A DNA stretch of 64,000 nt from Candidatus Altimarinota bacterium (GTDB lineage: Bacteria; Patescibacteriota; Gracilibacteria; UBA1369), in the NCBI GenBank assembly GCA_963677745.1, contig OY782391.1, forward strand, positions 1 to 64,000, read 5' to 3'. The position numbers and the translations under genes are program-made. Positions 47,056 through 57,981 of the stretch are shown piece after piece (the first letter of the stretch is position 1; each line of letters opens with the position of its first letter). The notes under the pieces are model-generated. The model ran no database searches. It worked only from the letters and a program-made list of their open reading frames with translations, and was not told the DNA's origin.

Positions 47056-47644
47056 CCATAATCTGATCTTCTCCAATAGCACCTTTCCTGAGTATTTTCG
47101 GCTCATCGCCGGTGCAATCTACGATGGTCGACTCAATACCGAATTGACAATCACCGCCGTCAACAATTCCCGCGATCGGAAGACCTTTTAGTGATTCAGC
47201 GGCCTGCTCGGCGTTTCTTGGACTTTTTTGTCCTGAAATATTGGCGGAAGGCACAGCCAAAGGTTGTCCGACTTTTCTGATTATCTCCAGTGTCAGTTGA
47301 TGATTTGGCATTCTGACCCCAATCGTGCTTCCACCTGCTGACAGAATCGAACTGACGGAAGCCTTTTTACTTAAAACCAATGAAACCGGCCCTGGCCAAA
47401 ATTTATCAATAATTTTCTCGGCGGCGGACGGTATGGTTTTAACGATTTTCCTCACCATTTGAAGGTCTGAAACCTGCATCATGATCGGTTTTCCGGCCGG
47501 GCGGCCTTTTACCTCGTACAGATTTTTTATGGCCTGTTCGTTTAAACCGTCCGCCGCCAGACCGTAGACGGTCTCAGTGGGAACAATCACCAATTCGCCG
47601 TTTTTTAAAGCCTTGACCGCTTCATCTACTGTCAGCCTCTTCAT
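47009..47644 (-). CDS. tsaC: L-threonylcarbamoyladenylate synthase (TsaC/Sua5)
   Basis: PTETVYGL, KGRP, FWPGP, VRMP, PSANISG, ESTIVD. Confidence 0.93.
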   Translation of the reverse strand: MKRLTVDEAVKALKNGELVIVPTETVYGLAADGLNEQAIKNLYEVKGRPAGKPIMMQVSDLQMVRKIVKTIPSAAEKIIDKFWPGPVSLVLSKKASVSSILSAGGSTIGVRMPNHQLTLEIIRKVGQPLAVPSANISGQKSPRNAEQAAESLKGLPIAGIVDGGDCQFGIESTIVDCTGDEPKILRKGAIGEDQIMAILKMPVSQADQAQH

Positions 47645-47695
47645 TGCTGAAATTTAATAAAATAATTCCTGTTCAGGAATTTACTTATGTAATAT

Positions 47696-49234
<1,539 letters not shown>

Positions 49235-49245
49235 CCAATAAATCT

Positions 49246-49824
49246 ATGATTCTGATTGTCGGCCTGGGCAACCCGGGTGAAAAATACGCTAAGACACGAC
49301 ACAATGTGGGATTTATACTTGTTGATTCTCTGGCCTTCAAGTATCAGGCTGAATTTAAATATGAAAAAAAATTTAATGCTGAAATTGCCGAAATCAAAGC
49401 AGGAGATTTGGGCAAAGATCAAATCTTTTTGGTAAAACCCCACACCTTTATGAACAATTCCGGGGATGCCGTACAAAAGATTGCCGCATTTTACAAAATC
49501 CCCACTTCGGACATTTGGCTGATTCATGATGAACTGGATCTGCCGTTGGGGGACTTGCGCATCAGAAAAAACGGAGGACCCGGTACCCATAACGGCCTCA
49601 AGTCAGTTATTGCGCAACTAGGTGAGAATCTTCCCCGTTTCCGCATCGGTATTGAGAGCAGGGGAACAACCGCTTCTCAGTTGCAGGACACCGCTTCCTT
49701 TGTTTTAAGCGAATTTTTCGGACAGGAGAGGGAAACGATAGTTCAGGGACTTGATAAAGCTCTTAAAGCAGTTGAAACCGCCCTTAAAGAGGGCCTCGAA
49801 ACAGCCATGAACAAATTTAATTAA
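49246..49824 (+). CDS. pth: Peptidyl-tRNA hydrolase
   Basis: GLGNPG..TRHNVGF, KPHTFMNNSG, HDELDL, HNGLKS, RIGI. Confidence 0.96.
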   Translation: MILIVGLGNPGEKYAKTRHNVGFILVDSLAFKYQAEFKYEKKFNAEIAEIKAGDLGKDQIFLVKPHTFMNNSGDAVQKIAAFYKIPTSDIWLIHDELDLPLGDLRIRKNGGPGTHNGLKSVIAQLGENLPRFRIGIESRGTTASQLQDTASFVLSEFFGQERETIVQGLDKALKAVETALKEGLETAMNKFN

Positions 49825-49888
49825 TCTTGCATTGAAATACTAATTCTATTAAACTCGCACCGCCAAAGAATCAAATAATCTTATCAAC

Positions 49889-50197
49889 ATGATAGCCATA
49901 GTGGAAATTGCCGGAAAACAATATAAAGTTGCTCCCAAAAGCCAGATACAGGTGGATTTACTGGAAGGCAAAGACGGGGATGAAATAAATATTGATAAAG
50001 TTCTTCTGAAATCCGATGATGACGGTAAAAACTGCCAGGTCGGCCAACCCTATACCGGTGACTCAATCAAGGCCAAAATCATTGAACATGTCAAAGGCGA
50101 CAAAGTCAGAGTATTCAAGTTCAAGCCAAAAACACGTTACGCCAAGACCCAGGGACATCGCCAGAACTATTCCATAATTGAACTTGAAAACTTCTAA
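49889..50197 (+). CDS. rplU: 50S ribosomal protein L21
   Basis: AIVEIAGKQYKV, KVRVFKFKPK..QGHRQ; promoter TTGCAT-17-TAAACT at 49827-49855. Confidence 0.95.
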   Translation: MIAIVEIAGKQYKVAPKSQIQVDLLEGKDGDEINIDKVLLKSDDDGKNCQVGQPYTGDSIKAKIIEHVKGDKVRVFKFKPKTRYAKTQGHRQNYSIIELENF

Positions 50198-51165
50198 TTA
50201 TCGGTTTTAAATTTCTCCAGGCCAGAAAGAACACGATTTAAATCAGAGGGTAGACCGATTTCCAGGTCTACCTTTTTTTTGCTCTCCGGATGCGTGAAAG
50301 ACAAACTGTAGGCGTGCAGAAACTGTCTGGACAAACCTAATTTATCCTTGAAAACCTGATTCAGCTTGTCATTACCATAGAGTTTATCTCCGATTAAGGC
50401 ATGTTTGACAGACTGGAAATGGACACGTATCTGATGGGTTCTTCCTGTGTGCAGATTGATTTCCACCAGCGTAAAATCGCCCCAATTGGTACGATACCGG
50501 CTTCTTACGTTAAATTCGGTATTAGCCTCCTTGGCATTAATCCCGTCAACCGCTCTTTTCTTTCTGTGTAAGGGGTGTCTGCCCAGTGCCGCCAAAATCT
50601 GCCCCTGGTCTTCTTTAATATTCCCGGTTACCAGAGCCAGATATTTCTTGGTTATTTTCCTGTTTTTAAACTGATCGGACAAATCCTTGTGTACCAGATC
50701 TGTTTTGGCGATTACAATCAGTCCTGAAGTGTCTTTGTCCAATCTGTGAACTATTCCCGGCCTCATCACGCCCCCGATACCCTTCAATCCTTCTCCAACA
50801 TGGGAAAGTACTGCATTGACCAAGCTTTTTCCCATAAATTTGCCCTGTTCTGCCGGATGCACAACCACCCCCGCCTCCTTGTTCACCACCAGCAGCCACT
50901 GATCCTCATATATAACCTCCAGAGGCAGATCGATAGGCTCTATATCCATTTTAACCGGCGCAGGATAGTCCACATCAATGAATTCCCCCTCGGTTACGTG
51001 ATAACTTGGTTTTAAGATCTTTTTACCGCAGCTGACTCTCTTGTCATCCAGTAATTTCTGCAAATACTGTCTGGAAAGATCCTTTTCCAGAATAGCCAGA
51101 GCGACATCCACTCTTTTCCCCTCCAGCTCCTGTCCGATTTTATACTTTCGTCTTTCCGCAAACAT
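50194..51165 (-). CDS. RluA/RluD-family pseudouridine synthase
   Basis: S4-like N-terminus, RPGIVHRLDKDTSGL, TGRTHQIRVH, QFLHA. Confidence 0.94.
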   Translation of the reverse strand: MFAERRKYKIGQELEGKRVDVALAILEKDLSRQYLQKLLDDKRVSCGKKILKPSYHVTEGEFIDVDYPAPVKMDIEPIDLPLEVIYEDQWLLVVNKEAGVVVHPAEQGKFMGKSLVNAVLSHVGEGLKGIGGVMRPGIVHRLDKDTSGLIVIAKTDLVHKDLSDQFKNRKITKKYLALVTGNIKEDQGQILAALGRHPLHRKKRAVDGINAKEANTEFNVRSRYRTNWGDFTLVEINLHTGRTHQIRVHFQSVKHALIGDKLYGNDKLNQVFKDKLGLSRQFLHAYSLSFTHPESKKKVDLEIGLPSDLNRVLSGLEKFKTDN

Positions 51166-51231
51166 AAATTTCCAATATATTAATTCTGGTATAAGATAGC
51201 CTCAAACTTATAAATATCCAACTAAATTCCT

Positions 51232-52428
51232 ATGGCAGTAGATAAAGAACTGGTCAAAAGAATCCTAAGTCGCAATGTATCCGATATAGTCGTAAAAAGT
51301 GAGCTGGAAAAGAAACTTCTCTCGGGGAAAAAATTGCGAATCAAATTCGGCATTGATCCTACCGGCTCGTTTTTGACTTTGGGACATATGGTGGTAATCA
51401 AAAAACTTCGCGAATTTCAGCAGGCCGGACATGAAATATTTCTGCTGTTCGGTAACTTTACCGCTCAGATTGGCGATCCGTCGGGCAAATCAGAGTCCAG
51501 AAAACCTCTGACCCAGGAACAGGTTGAGGACAATGCCCGTACCTACCTGGAACAGGTTGGAAAAGTACTGGATCTGAAGAACGTCGAAGTTGTCTGGAAT
51601 GCCGACTGGCTGGGAAAATTCCGTTTTGCCGATGTGCTGAGACTGGCCTCCAGCTTTACCGTTGCACAAATGCTGGAACGCGATATGTTTCAGGACCGGA
51701 TCAAAAACAATTTGCCGATCGGACTGCACGAATTCCTTTATCCGTTAATGCAGGGCTATGATTCGGTAGCCCTGAAAGCCGATGTCGAGCTGGGAGGCAA
51801 CGACCAGATGTTCAATATGATGGCAGCCCGGCCTCTTCAAAAAGCCGAAGATCAGCAGCCCCAATCCGTAATGACCATGAAAATCCTAATCGGCACGGAT
51901 GGCGTGAAGAAAATGGGAAAAAGCGAACATAACTTTATTGCTGTTCTCGACAGTCCAAAAGATATGTTTGGCAAAATAATGTCCATACCCGACCACCTGC
52001 TGCTGCAATATTTCGAAATGTGCACCGATCTGGAGGAAAAGGACCTTAAAGCTATAGGGAAACGGCTTCAGGACGGTGAAAATCCACGCGATCTAAAAGT
52101 GGAACTGGGCAAAAATATTGTCACACAGTATCACAACTCTGCTGCCGCGGAAGAAGTGGCCGGAGAATTCTTTAACGTCTTTAGCAAAAAAGGCCTGCCG
52201 GATGATCTGGAAACCATCATAATCCCTGATCAGTCGGCCAATTTAATTGATTTATTGTTAAGTCACCAGCTGGTTTCGTCAAAAAGCGAAGTCCGGCGTC
52301 TGATTGACGGTGGAGGTTTAAAGGTAGACCAGAACAAGATTTCGGATTATAATTTCATCTTGAAACTGGATCAGGACAAGATTGTACAAATTGGCAAAAG
52401 AAAATTTATAAAATTTAAGTCCGCTTAA
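51232..52428 (+). CDS. tyrS: Tyrosine--tRNA ligase
   Basis: KFGIDPT..TLGH, YPLMQGYDS, LGGNDQ, KMGKS, C-terminal S4 domain. Confidence 0.96.
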   Translation: MAVDKELVKRILSRNVSDIVVKSELEKKLLSGKKLRIKFGIDPTGSFLTLGHMVVIKKLREFQQAGHEIFLLFGNFTAQIGDPSGKSESRKPLTQEQVEDNARTYLEQVGKVLDLKNVEVVWNADWLGKFRFADVLRLASSFTVAQMLERDMFQDRIKNNLPIGLHEFLYPLMQGYDSVALKADVELGGNDQMFNMMAARPLQKAEDQQPQSVMTMKILIGTDGVKKMGKSEHNFIAVLDSPKDMFGKIMSIPDHLLLQYFEMCTDLEEKDLKAIGKRLQDGENPRDLKVELGKNIVTQYHNSAAAEEVAGEFFNVFSKKGLPDDLETIIIPDQSANLIDLLLSHQLVSSKSEVRRLIDGGGLKVDQNKISDYNFILKLDQDKIVQIGKRKFIKFKSA

Positions 52429-52429
52429 A

Positions 52430-53401
52430 TTGAAGGTCAAGGAAATTAAAAATCTGTTCTCCCTGCAAACCCTGCAAAAAATCCAGGATAATTATTCGAC
52501 AGCCCTGGGTATTCCCATTTACATTAAAAATTCCGAAGGTAAAGTGGTGACAAAACCAACCAATCCCGGCAAGCTTTGGGAATTAATCCATAAAGTAAGT
52601 TCTACCGAAAATTCATTTTCCGACCAGCTCCAGGCGGCCATCGAGAAATGCAACCGCACCGGACAGATAGTGCTTTTCGAAAGATTCCCGGACGCACAAA
52701 CCTTCCTGGCGCCTATCTATGCCAACGGGAAAATTGTTGCCTATTTTATCGGGGGACTGGTTAGATTCGGCAACCCAAACCTCGAAACAGCGGAAAAACA
52801 GGCCGGCCTTTTGGGAATCAGTATCGATCTTTATCTGGACGCTTATCTCAGTCTGCCCTTTTTCACCCGTGAACGGCTGGAAGCTTCCGCCAATCTGATC
52901 AAAATTATCGGCAGTACAATCTATAATCTTGAAAATCAGGGAGTTGAAATCAAAGAGCTGAATCAAACTATCCAGGAAAAAAACTCCGAGCTCTCCAGAA
53001 ATCTGGAGCTGACCAAAGTTCTTTTACAAACAACCGAAAACCGCTACAAACAACTTTTTGATACCGTTAATGACGGAATATATGTTTCAGACCTGGAAAC
53101 TGAAATATTTCTGGATATCAATCCCGCCGGAGCCAAGATTCTGGGGTATCAGAGTCCGGCCGACATCATTGGCAAAAACATCCGCAATCTCTATGCCTTC
53201 CCCAAAGACAGGGATAATTTTACCAATATTCTCAAGTCCAAGAAAAGTATTCATAACTGGGTAGCACATATCATAACTCCCAATGGCGAAGAACGTTATG
53301 TGGAGACAAATGCCACCATTATTACTGATCAGAAAACCAAAAAATCCTTGATTCAGGGTATTTTCCGCGACCTGAACCTTCGCCATCACCGCCCACTCTA
53401 A
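52430..53401 (+). CDS. PocR-like sensor + coiled coil + PAS domain protein (no output domain)
   Basis: LQKIQDNYS.ALG, APIYANGKIVAYFIGG (PocR-like); ENRYKQLFDTVNDGI..INPAGAKILGY..QGIFRD (PAS). Confidence 0.75.
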   Translation: MKVKEIKNLFSLQTLQKIQDNYSTALGIPIYIKNSEGKVVTKPTNPGKLWELIHKVSSTENSFSDQLQAAIEKCNRTGQIVLFERFPDAQTFLAPIYANGKIVAYFIGGLVRFGNPNLETAEKQAGLLGISIDLYLDAYLSLPFFTRERLEASANLIKIIGSTIYNLENQGVEIKELNQTIQEKNSELSRNLELTKVLLQTTENRYKQLFDTVNDGIYVSDLETEIFLDINPAGAKILGYQSPADIIGKNIRNLYAFPKDRDNFTNILKSKKSIHNWVAHIITPNGEERYVETNATIITDQKTKKSLIQGIFRDLNLRHHRPL

Positions 53402-53413
53402 TCAGCTTTTAAA

Positions 53414-55453
53414 ATGGATACGCGGACACCGATATCAAAACTTCTTTCGACCACCAAAGCCCATTTAAACCTTCTGAAGCAGGTAGGTGTTTCTACAGTG
53501 GGAGATTTTATTAAATATTTTCCCCGAACCTATAATGATCAAAGCAATCTCAGCAGGATTATTGATATTCGTACTGACCAGGTAAACACAATTAAAGGGA
53601 CAATCAGCGCTATTGTGGAACTAAAAACCCGCTTCGGGAAAAAACTGATCAAAGCCAGATTTACCGATGAAACGGGCAGTGTGGAAGTCATCTGGTTTAA
53701 CCAGCCTTTTATTAAAAGACTTCTGCACAACGGACAATCGGTCATTTTATCGGGTAAAGCAAAATTTGAACTGGGAAAAATCACCCTGCTTAGCCCTCAA
53801 TACGAGCCGGTCCAGGAGAAACAACTGCACACCGCCAGACTGGTACCTGTTTATCATGAAACCGAGGGGCTTTCGTCAAAATGGCTAAGAGAAAAAATTC
53901 ATCCGCTGCTCAAATACATCCCCAAACTTTACCCTGAATATCTTCCCACGGAAATTCTGCAAAAATATCAGCTAATGCCTTATTCGCAGGCAATTCTGGA
54001 AACGCATTTTCCTTCCAAGCCGGAAATGCTGGAAAAAGCCAAATCACGTCTGGCTTTCGATGAATTGTTTTTACTGCAATTGAAAGCTCTCCAGAAAAAA
54101 TGGCAATGGCAAAAATCCGCCACCAAACACAGAAAAATCCTTCCCAGACATCCCGACCTTGATCTGCTGATTGGTAATCTTCCCTATGAATTGACTTCCG
54201 CCCAACAAAAAACACTATCAGAAATACTGTCTGACCTGGGAGGCTCTTATCCGATGTCCAGACTACTTCAGGGTGATGTAGGATCCGGTAAAACCATCGT
54301 GGCCGGTCTGGCTATTTTTAACACCTTGAAACATGGCTTTCAAGCCGCCCTGATGGCACCCACGGAGATTCTTGCCGAACAGCATTACCGGACAATCACC
54401 CAACTGTTTTCCAAAGAAAATTTTAATATTCAATTTTTGTCGGGAAGCGTTAAAACCGCGGACAAGAAAATTGTTCAAAGCGGACTTTCCGATGGCAGAA
54501 TAAACCTGATAATCGGAACCCACTCCCTGATCCAGGAAGAGATATCATTCGAGAACCTGGGCCTGGCTGTGATTGACGAACAACACCGGTTTGGTGTGGC
54601 CCAGAGAAGTCTTTTGAAAGCTCAGGGGGCTCCTCATTTGTTGAGTCTTTCCGCCACACCAATTCCCCGCACACTGGCGATGACCATCTATGGAGATCAG
54701 GATCTTTCCATAATTGATGAAATGCCCAAGGGCAGACTGCCCATAATTACCCGCTTAGTGCCTGAAAAAAAGCGTCGCGATGCCTATTTATGGATAGAAG
54801 ACCGTGTCAAATCCGGCCGCCAGGCTTTTGTAATCTGTCCACTGATTGATGAATCCGATACTCTGGAATTAAAATCCGTACTGACCGAATATGAAAATCT
54901 ACAAAAAAATATTTTCCCGGATTTAAAAATCGGCCTATTGCATGGGAAAATGAAAGCACAGGAAAAAGACGAAACCATGTCCAGATTCAAGGCCAATGAA
55001 TTTAATATTCTTGTATCCACCTCAGTTATAGAAGTGGGAATTGATATTCCGAATGCCACAATTATGATGATAGAAGGTGCCGAACGTTTTGGTCTTTCCC
55101 AGCTTCATCAGTTCCGCGGTCGCGTGGGAAGAGGGGAACATCAATCCTACTGTTTTCTCTTCATGCAAAACGAATCCGAAGGGGCCAAACAACGTCTGAA
55201 AGCCATGGTTGACCACCATAGCGGTTTCAAACTGGCAGAAATTGATCTTGAACTTCGGGGGCCCGGCCAGATTTTCGGGGTACAACAATCCGGCATTCCT
55301 GACCTTAAAATGGCCTCTTTAAGCGATTCTGTTACTATCAATCTGGCCAGAGAAGCGGCCCAGCAGATTATAAACACAGATCCGGAACTAAAAAATCATA
55401 CCGGGCTGGAGAAAAAAATCACCGAAATGGAAAATATTTATATAAAAGATTAA
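53414..55453 (+). CDS. recG: ATP-dependent DNA helicase RecG
   Basis: QGDVGSGKT, MAPTEILAEQH, DEQHRFGV, SATPIPRT, QLHQFRGRVGRG. Confidence 0.97.
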   Translation: MDTRTPISKLLSTTKAHLNLLKQVGVSTVGDFIKYFPRTYNDQSNLSRIIDIRTDQVNTIKGTISAIVELKTRFGKKLIKARFTDETGSVEVIWFNQPFIKRLLHNGQSVILSGKAKFELGKITLLSPQYEPVQEKQLHTARLVPVYHETEGLSSKWLREKIHPLLKYIPKLYPEYLPTEILQKYQLMPYSQAILETHFPSKPEMLEKAKSRLAFDELFLLQLKALQKKWQWQKSATKHRKILPRHPDLDLLIGNLPYELTSAQQKTLSEILSDLGGSYPMSRLLQGDVGSGKTIVAGLAIFNTLKHGFQAALMAPTEILAEQHYRTITQLFSKENFNIQFLSGSVKTADKKIVQSGLSDGRINLIIGTHSLIQEEISFENLGLAVIDEQHRFGVAQRSLLKAQGAPHLLSLSATPIPRTLAMTIYGDQDLSIIDEMPKGRLPIITRLVPEKKRRDAYLWIEDRVKSGRQAFVICPLIDESDTLELKSVLTEYENLQKNIFPDLKIGLLHGKMKAQEKDETMSRFKANEFNILVSTSVIEVGIDIPNATIMMIEGAERFGLSQLHQFRGRVGRGEHQSYCFLFMQNESEGAKQRLKAMVDHHSGFKLAEIDLELRGPGQIFGVQQSGIPDLKMASLSDSVTINLAREAAQQIINTDPELKNHTGLEKKITEMENIYIKD

Positions 55454-55470
55454 TTCTTAATCAATTCAAT

Positions 55471-55749
55471 ATGAAACAAAAGATAAATCCGCATTTCGTC
55501 AAAATGTGCAAACAGGGGATAGCGGGTGCGGCAATGGGAATAGTTGCCGGATTTTTATTGGGAATAATAATCTATTTCCTGCAATATCCGCTGGTCTGGA
55601 TCGGCATTTTATTGGATGGAGCGAGAAATCCAAACCTGTGGCAGCAGCCAGGAATGTGGATCTCGGCAGTGATGCCGGGCACATTGGGAATGTCATTTGG
55701 TGCGATTATCGGAGGTATTTTCGGATCACTTTATGGCCTAAAAGACTAA
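55471..55749 (+). CDS. Small Gly-rich two-TM membrane protein
   Basis: GxxxG-rich hydrophobic helices; last gene before the phage-like region. Confidence 0.6.
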   Translation: MKQKINPHFVKMCKQGIAGAAMGIVAGFLLGIIIYFLQYPLVWIGILLDGARNPNLWQQPGMWISAVMPGTLGMSFGAIIGGIFGSLYGLKD

Positions 55750-55981
55750 GGGGGCGATAGAATGGTCACTTCAAAAAAACAAACGCCTTAAAACGAAAGT
55801 TTAAATAGTATTTATAGCAAGGGATCAACAAGATTACCTCATTAAATAATTGCCAGTTTATTTCGTACAAGATACATTATTCTGAATCTTGTTTTGATCT
55901 GCTAGGTCAATCGTTTACGATGACCTGGTTTTTAATGGGCATGATGGGCATTTGCCGTTCCAGAACTCCATCATCACAATC

Positions 55982-56011
55982 ATTATAACTCACTAGGCCA
56001 CTAGAAGTCAA
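55982..56011 (-). promoter_or_regulatory. Leftward sigma70 promoter at the prophage left end
   Basis: Minus strand TTGACT(56011-06)-18 nt-TATAAT(55987-82). Confidence 0.5.
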
Positions 56012-56137
56012 GAGAATGTCAAGTAAAAGTAAACAAATACTTGGCGACGTGACTTTTAGGCCAAAATTAGCGTTTTGCGTTTCAAAAGTAACCAAGCACG
56101 TCGTCAGATACTTGGTTACTTTAACAAAAAATAAAAA

Positions 56138-56962
56138 ATGCAAAACATAGAAACAACCTTTACCGAGGGGGACAACATCATCAAAGAATACGCGACATTT
56201 GACCCGGAACGCGAGGAACAAAACAAGATCAACGCCAAAAACGCTGAGCTATTATTCAACGTCCCCTTTTTCCCTTATCAGATTAAGGTGCAAAAAGAGC
56301 ACGGGCTTTCTGATCTTGAAACAAAATTGTTTAGTTTTATTCAGTATTATGCCGGAGGGGGTGGGGAGTTTTACGCCTCAAACCCGAAGTTGGGGCAGTA
56401 TTTCGGCTGTCATAAAGACACGATTAGCACAGCGGTTGGTGTCCTGGCCAAAAAGGGGCTGGTAATAACTGGAATAAAGGTGCTCGGCAACGGGAATTCG
56501 GTCAGAAAATTGAGCGTAGGTGTAAACGCCGAGGGGGGTAGGTATAAACACCTAGGGGGGTCGGTGAAAACACCTAGGGTCATAGGTGAAAAGACCGACA
56601 TATATAAATTAAAAGAAATTAAAGTAAATACATCTCCTATCGGAGATACGGGCAAGGCCCCAAAAGAGACAAAAGAAATTCAAAAAAAACAGGAATACGG
56701 GAAGCCGGAAATTAACCAGATGCTTTCCGCCCTAAAAGCCAAGATCGGGGTCGAGGCATTCGCAGACAGCGGAATTGAAAGAAATATTGCACAGCATTGC
56801 ATCAACCTAATGGGCCGGATCGGTGTTAAGGAATTTTCCCGGCGGCTTGACTTAATTCTTGACGATGCTTTCAAACACAAAAACTGCAACCGCATTCGGT
56901 TCGTTTATTCGGAAATTAAGGGATTCATTGAGCCGGTCCGGCAGACGATCCCATCATTTTAA
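56138..56962 (+). CDS. Phage replication initiator (N-terminal wHTH, lambda O-like organisation)
   Basis: LSDLETKLFSFI..FYASNPKLGQYFGCHKDTISTAVGVLAKKGLV (HTH); internal iterons. Confidence 0.75.
   Translation: MQNIETTFTEGDNIIKEYATFDPEREEQNKINAKNAELLFNVPFFPYQIKVQKEHGLSDLETKLFSFIQYYAGGGGEFYASNPKLGQYFGCHKDTISTAVGVLAKKGLVITGIKVLGNGNSVRKLSVGVNAEGGRYKHLGGSVKTPRVIGEKTDIYKLKEIKVNTSPIGDTGKAPKETKEIQKKQEYGKPEINQMLSALKAKIGVEAFADSGIERNIAQHCINLMGRIGVKEFSRRLDLILDDAFKHKNCNRIRFVYSEIKGFIEPVRQTIPSF
56517..56604 (+). repeat. Four tandem 22-bp iterons (putative phage origin)
   Basis: TAGGTGTAAACGCCGAGGGGGG / TAGGTATAAACACCTAGGGGGG / TCGGTGAAAACACCTAGGGTCA / TAGGTGAAAAGACCGACATATA, followed by an AT-rich tract. 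Confidence 0.8.
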
Positions 56963-56998
56963 AAAAACAAAAACAAAAACAAATTAATTTAAAATCAA

Positions 56999-57328
56999 AT
57001 GACAAAAGACATCGAAGTTAGACAGGAATTAATCAAGGTCCATTTAAAGGATCAGCGGACGCTGTATTTCCCGGCCACAAAGTACGCGGCTTTCTGCAAA
57101 GCTTTAAAAACAGACCAGTTTGTTGAGGTAGAGGGAATGTTAGTCAACCGCAATCTGATAATGACCGTCGAGCCGGAGCGAAACAAAGAAGATGTTCTAA
57201 TCAACCTGGACCCGGACATTCGCGAAGCCGCGCGCGAACGCTTTGCGCGTTTCAAGGCAGATCTGGGACGCTGGCCGAACACTAAGGAAAAACAAAAAAT
57301 TATTTTTAAAATACAAAACAACCAATGA
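56999..57328 (+). CDS. Phage hypothetical protein
   Basis: 109-aa ORF directly after the rep gene. Confidence 0.65.
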   Translation: MTKDIEVRQELIKVHLKDQRTLYFPATKYAAFCKALKTDQFVEVEGMLVNRNLIMTVEPERNKEDVLINLDPDIREAARERFARFKADLGRWPNTKEKQKIIFKIQNNQ

Positions 57329-57462
57329 ACAAATATAACGAAAAACAAAAAGAATTACTTTTATCAGTTTTGGAGGAATACGCGGAGGACGTTGTTTTCT
57401 TGAAAGCGGTTAATGCTTTGGCTTATGCCCTTATTCAATTAACCAAAGAGGACAAACGGTAA
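57325..57462 (+). CDS. Small phage hypothetical protein (45 aa, not in ORF track)
   Basis: ATGA overlap with the previous stop; MNKYNEKQKELLLSVLEEYAEDVVFLKAVNALAYALIQLTKEDKR. Confidence 0.55.
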   Translation: MNKYNEKQKELLLSVLEEYAEDVVFLKAVNALAYALIQLTKEDKR

Positions 57463-57635
57463 TTACACTCCACAAATTCAGGGCAACAAAAAGGTGTGAC
57501 CAATGGTTTCGCTGCTCAAGGTGTCGGCTCGAGACTGACCGGCCAGAATCCTACTCACGAACGAATTGTCGGCCTAAAAGCATATTTGCCCCATTACATT
57601 ATTTGCATCACAAATCATTTCTTAACCACAAAAAA

Positions 57636-57953
57636 ATGAATTTGAAAAATCAGCTTATCGAATCCGTAAGAACAGGCATCATTTCGTCAATCAATGCTCA
57701 AAAGGCAGACATCGACAAAATGGCAGCCGAGCATTTCAAGACACTTGACGAACTTATGGACTGGCCAGAGGAAAAGTTCGAGGCCAAATGGACAAACTTT
57801 ATTTTAGCTTCTGGTGCTGGACCGTTTGCATTCCTGAAAGAAGTTTTGAAACAGGACAAGCGCGAGGTCGAGGCAGAAAAAATGAAGGCTGAGGCCGAGA
57901 AGGTAAAAGCGGCTCAGGAAAGCGAGGAAAAGGCAAAAACAGAAAAGAAATAA
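57636..57953 (+). CDS. Phage hypothetical protein
   Basis: ORF with A-rich upstream sequence and a charged C-terminal helix. Confidence 0.6.
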   Translation: MNLKNQLIESVRTGIISSINAQKADIDKMAAEHFKTLDELMDWPEEKFEAKWTNFILASGAGPFAFLKEVLKQDKREVEAEKMKAEAEKVKAAQESEEKAKTEKK

Positions 57954-57981
57954 ACGTCAGTTTAGAATCAGAAAATATCAG

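Noticed and set aside
55750-55772. GGGGGCGATAGAATGG resembling a tRNA/tmRNA 5' end or att site
   Set aside because: No cloverleaf, T-loop or matching 3' end, and no second copy seen in the window.
55907-56221. 104-aa minus-strand ORF as a possible phage repressor
   Set aside because: No HTH; it overlaps the rep start and runs through promoter and hairpin sequence, so it is probably spurious.
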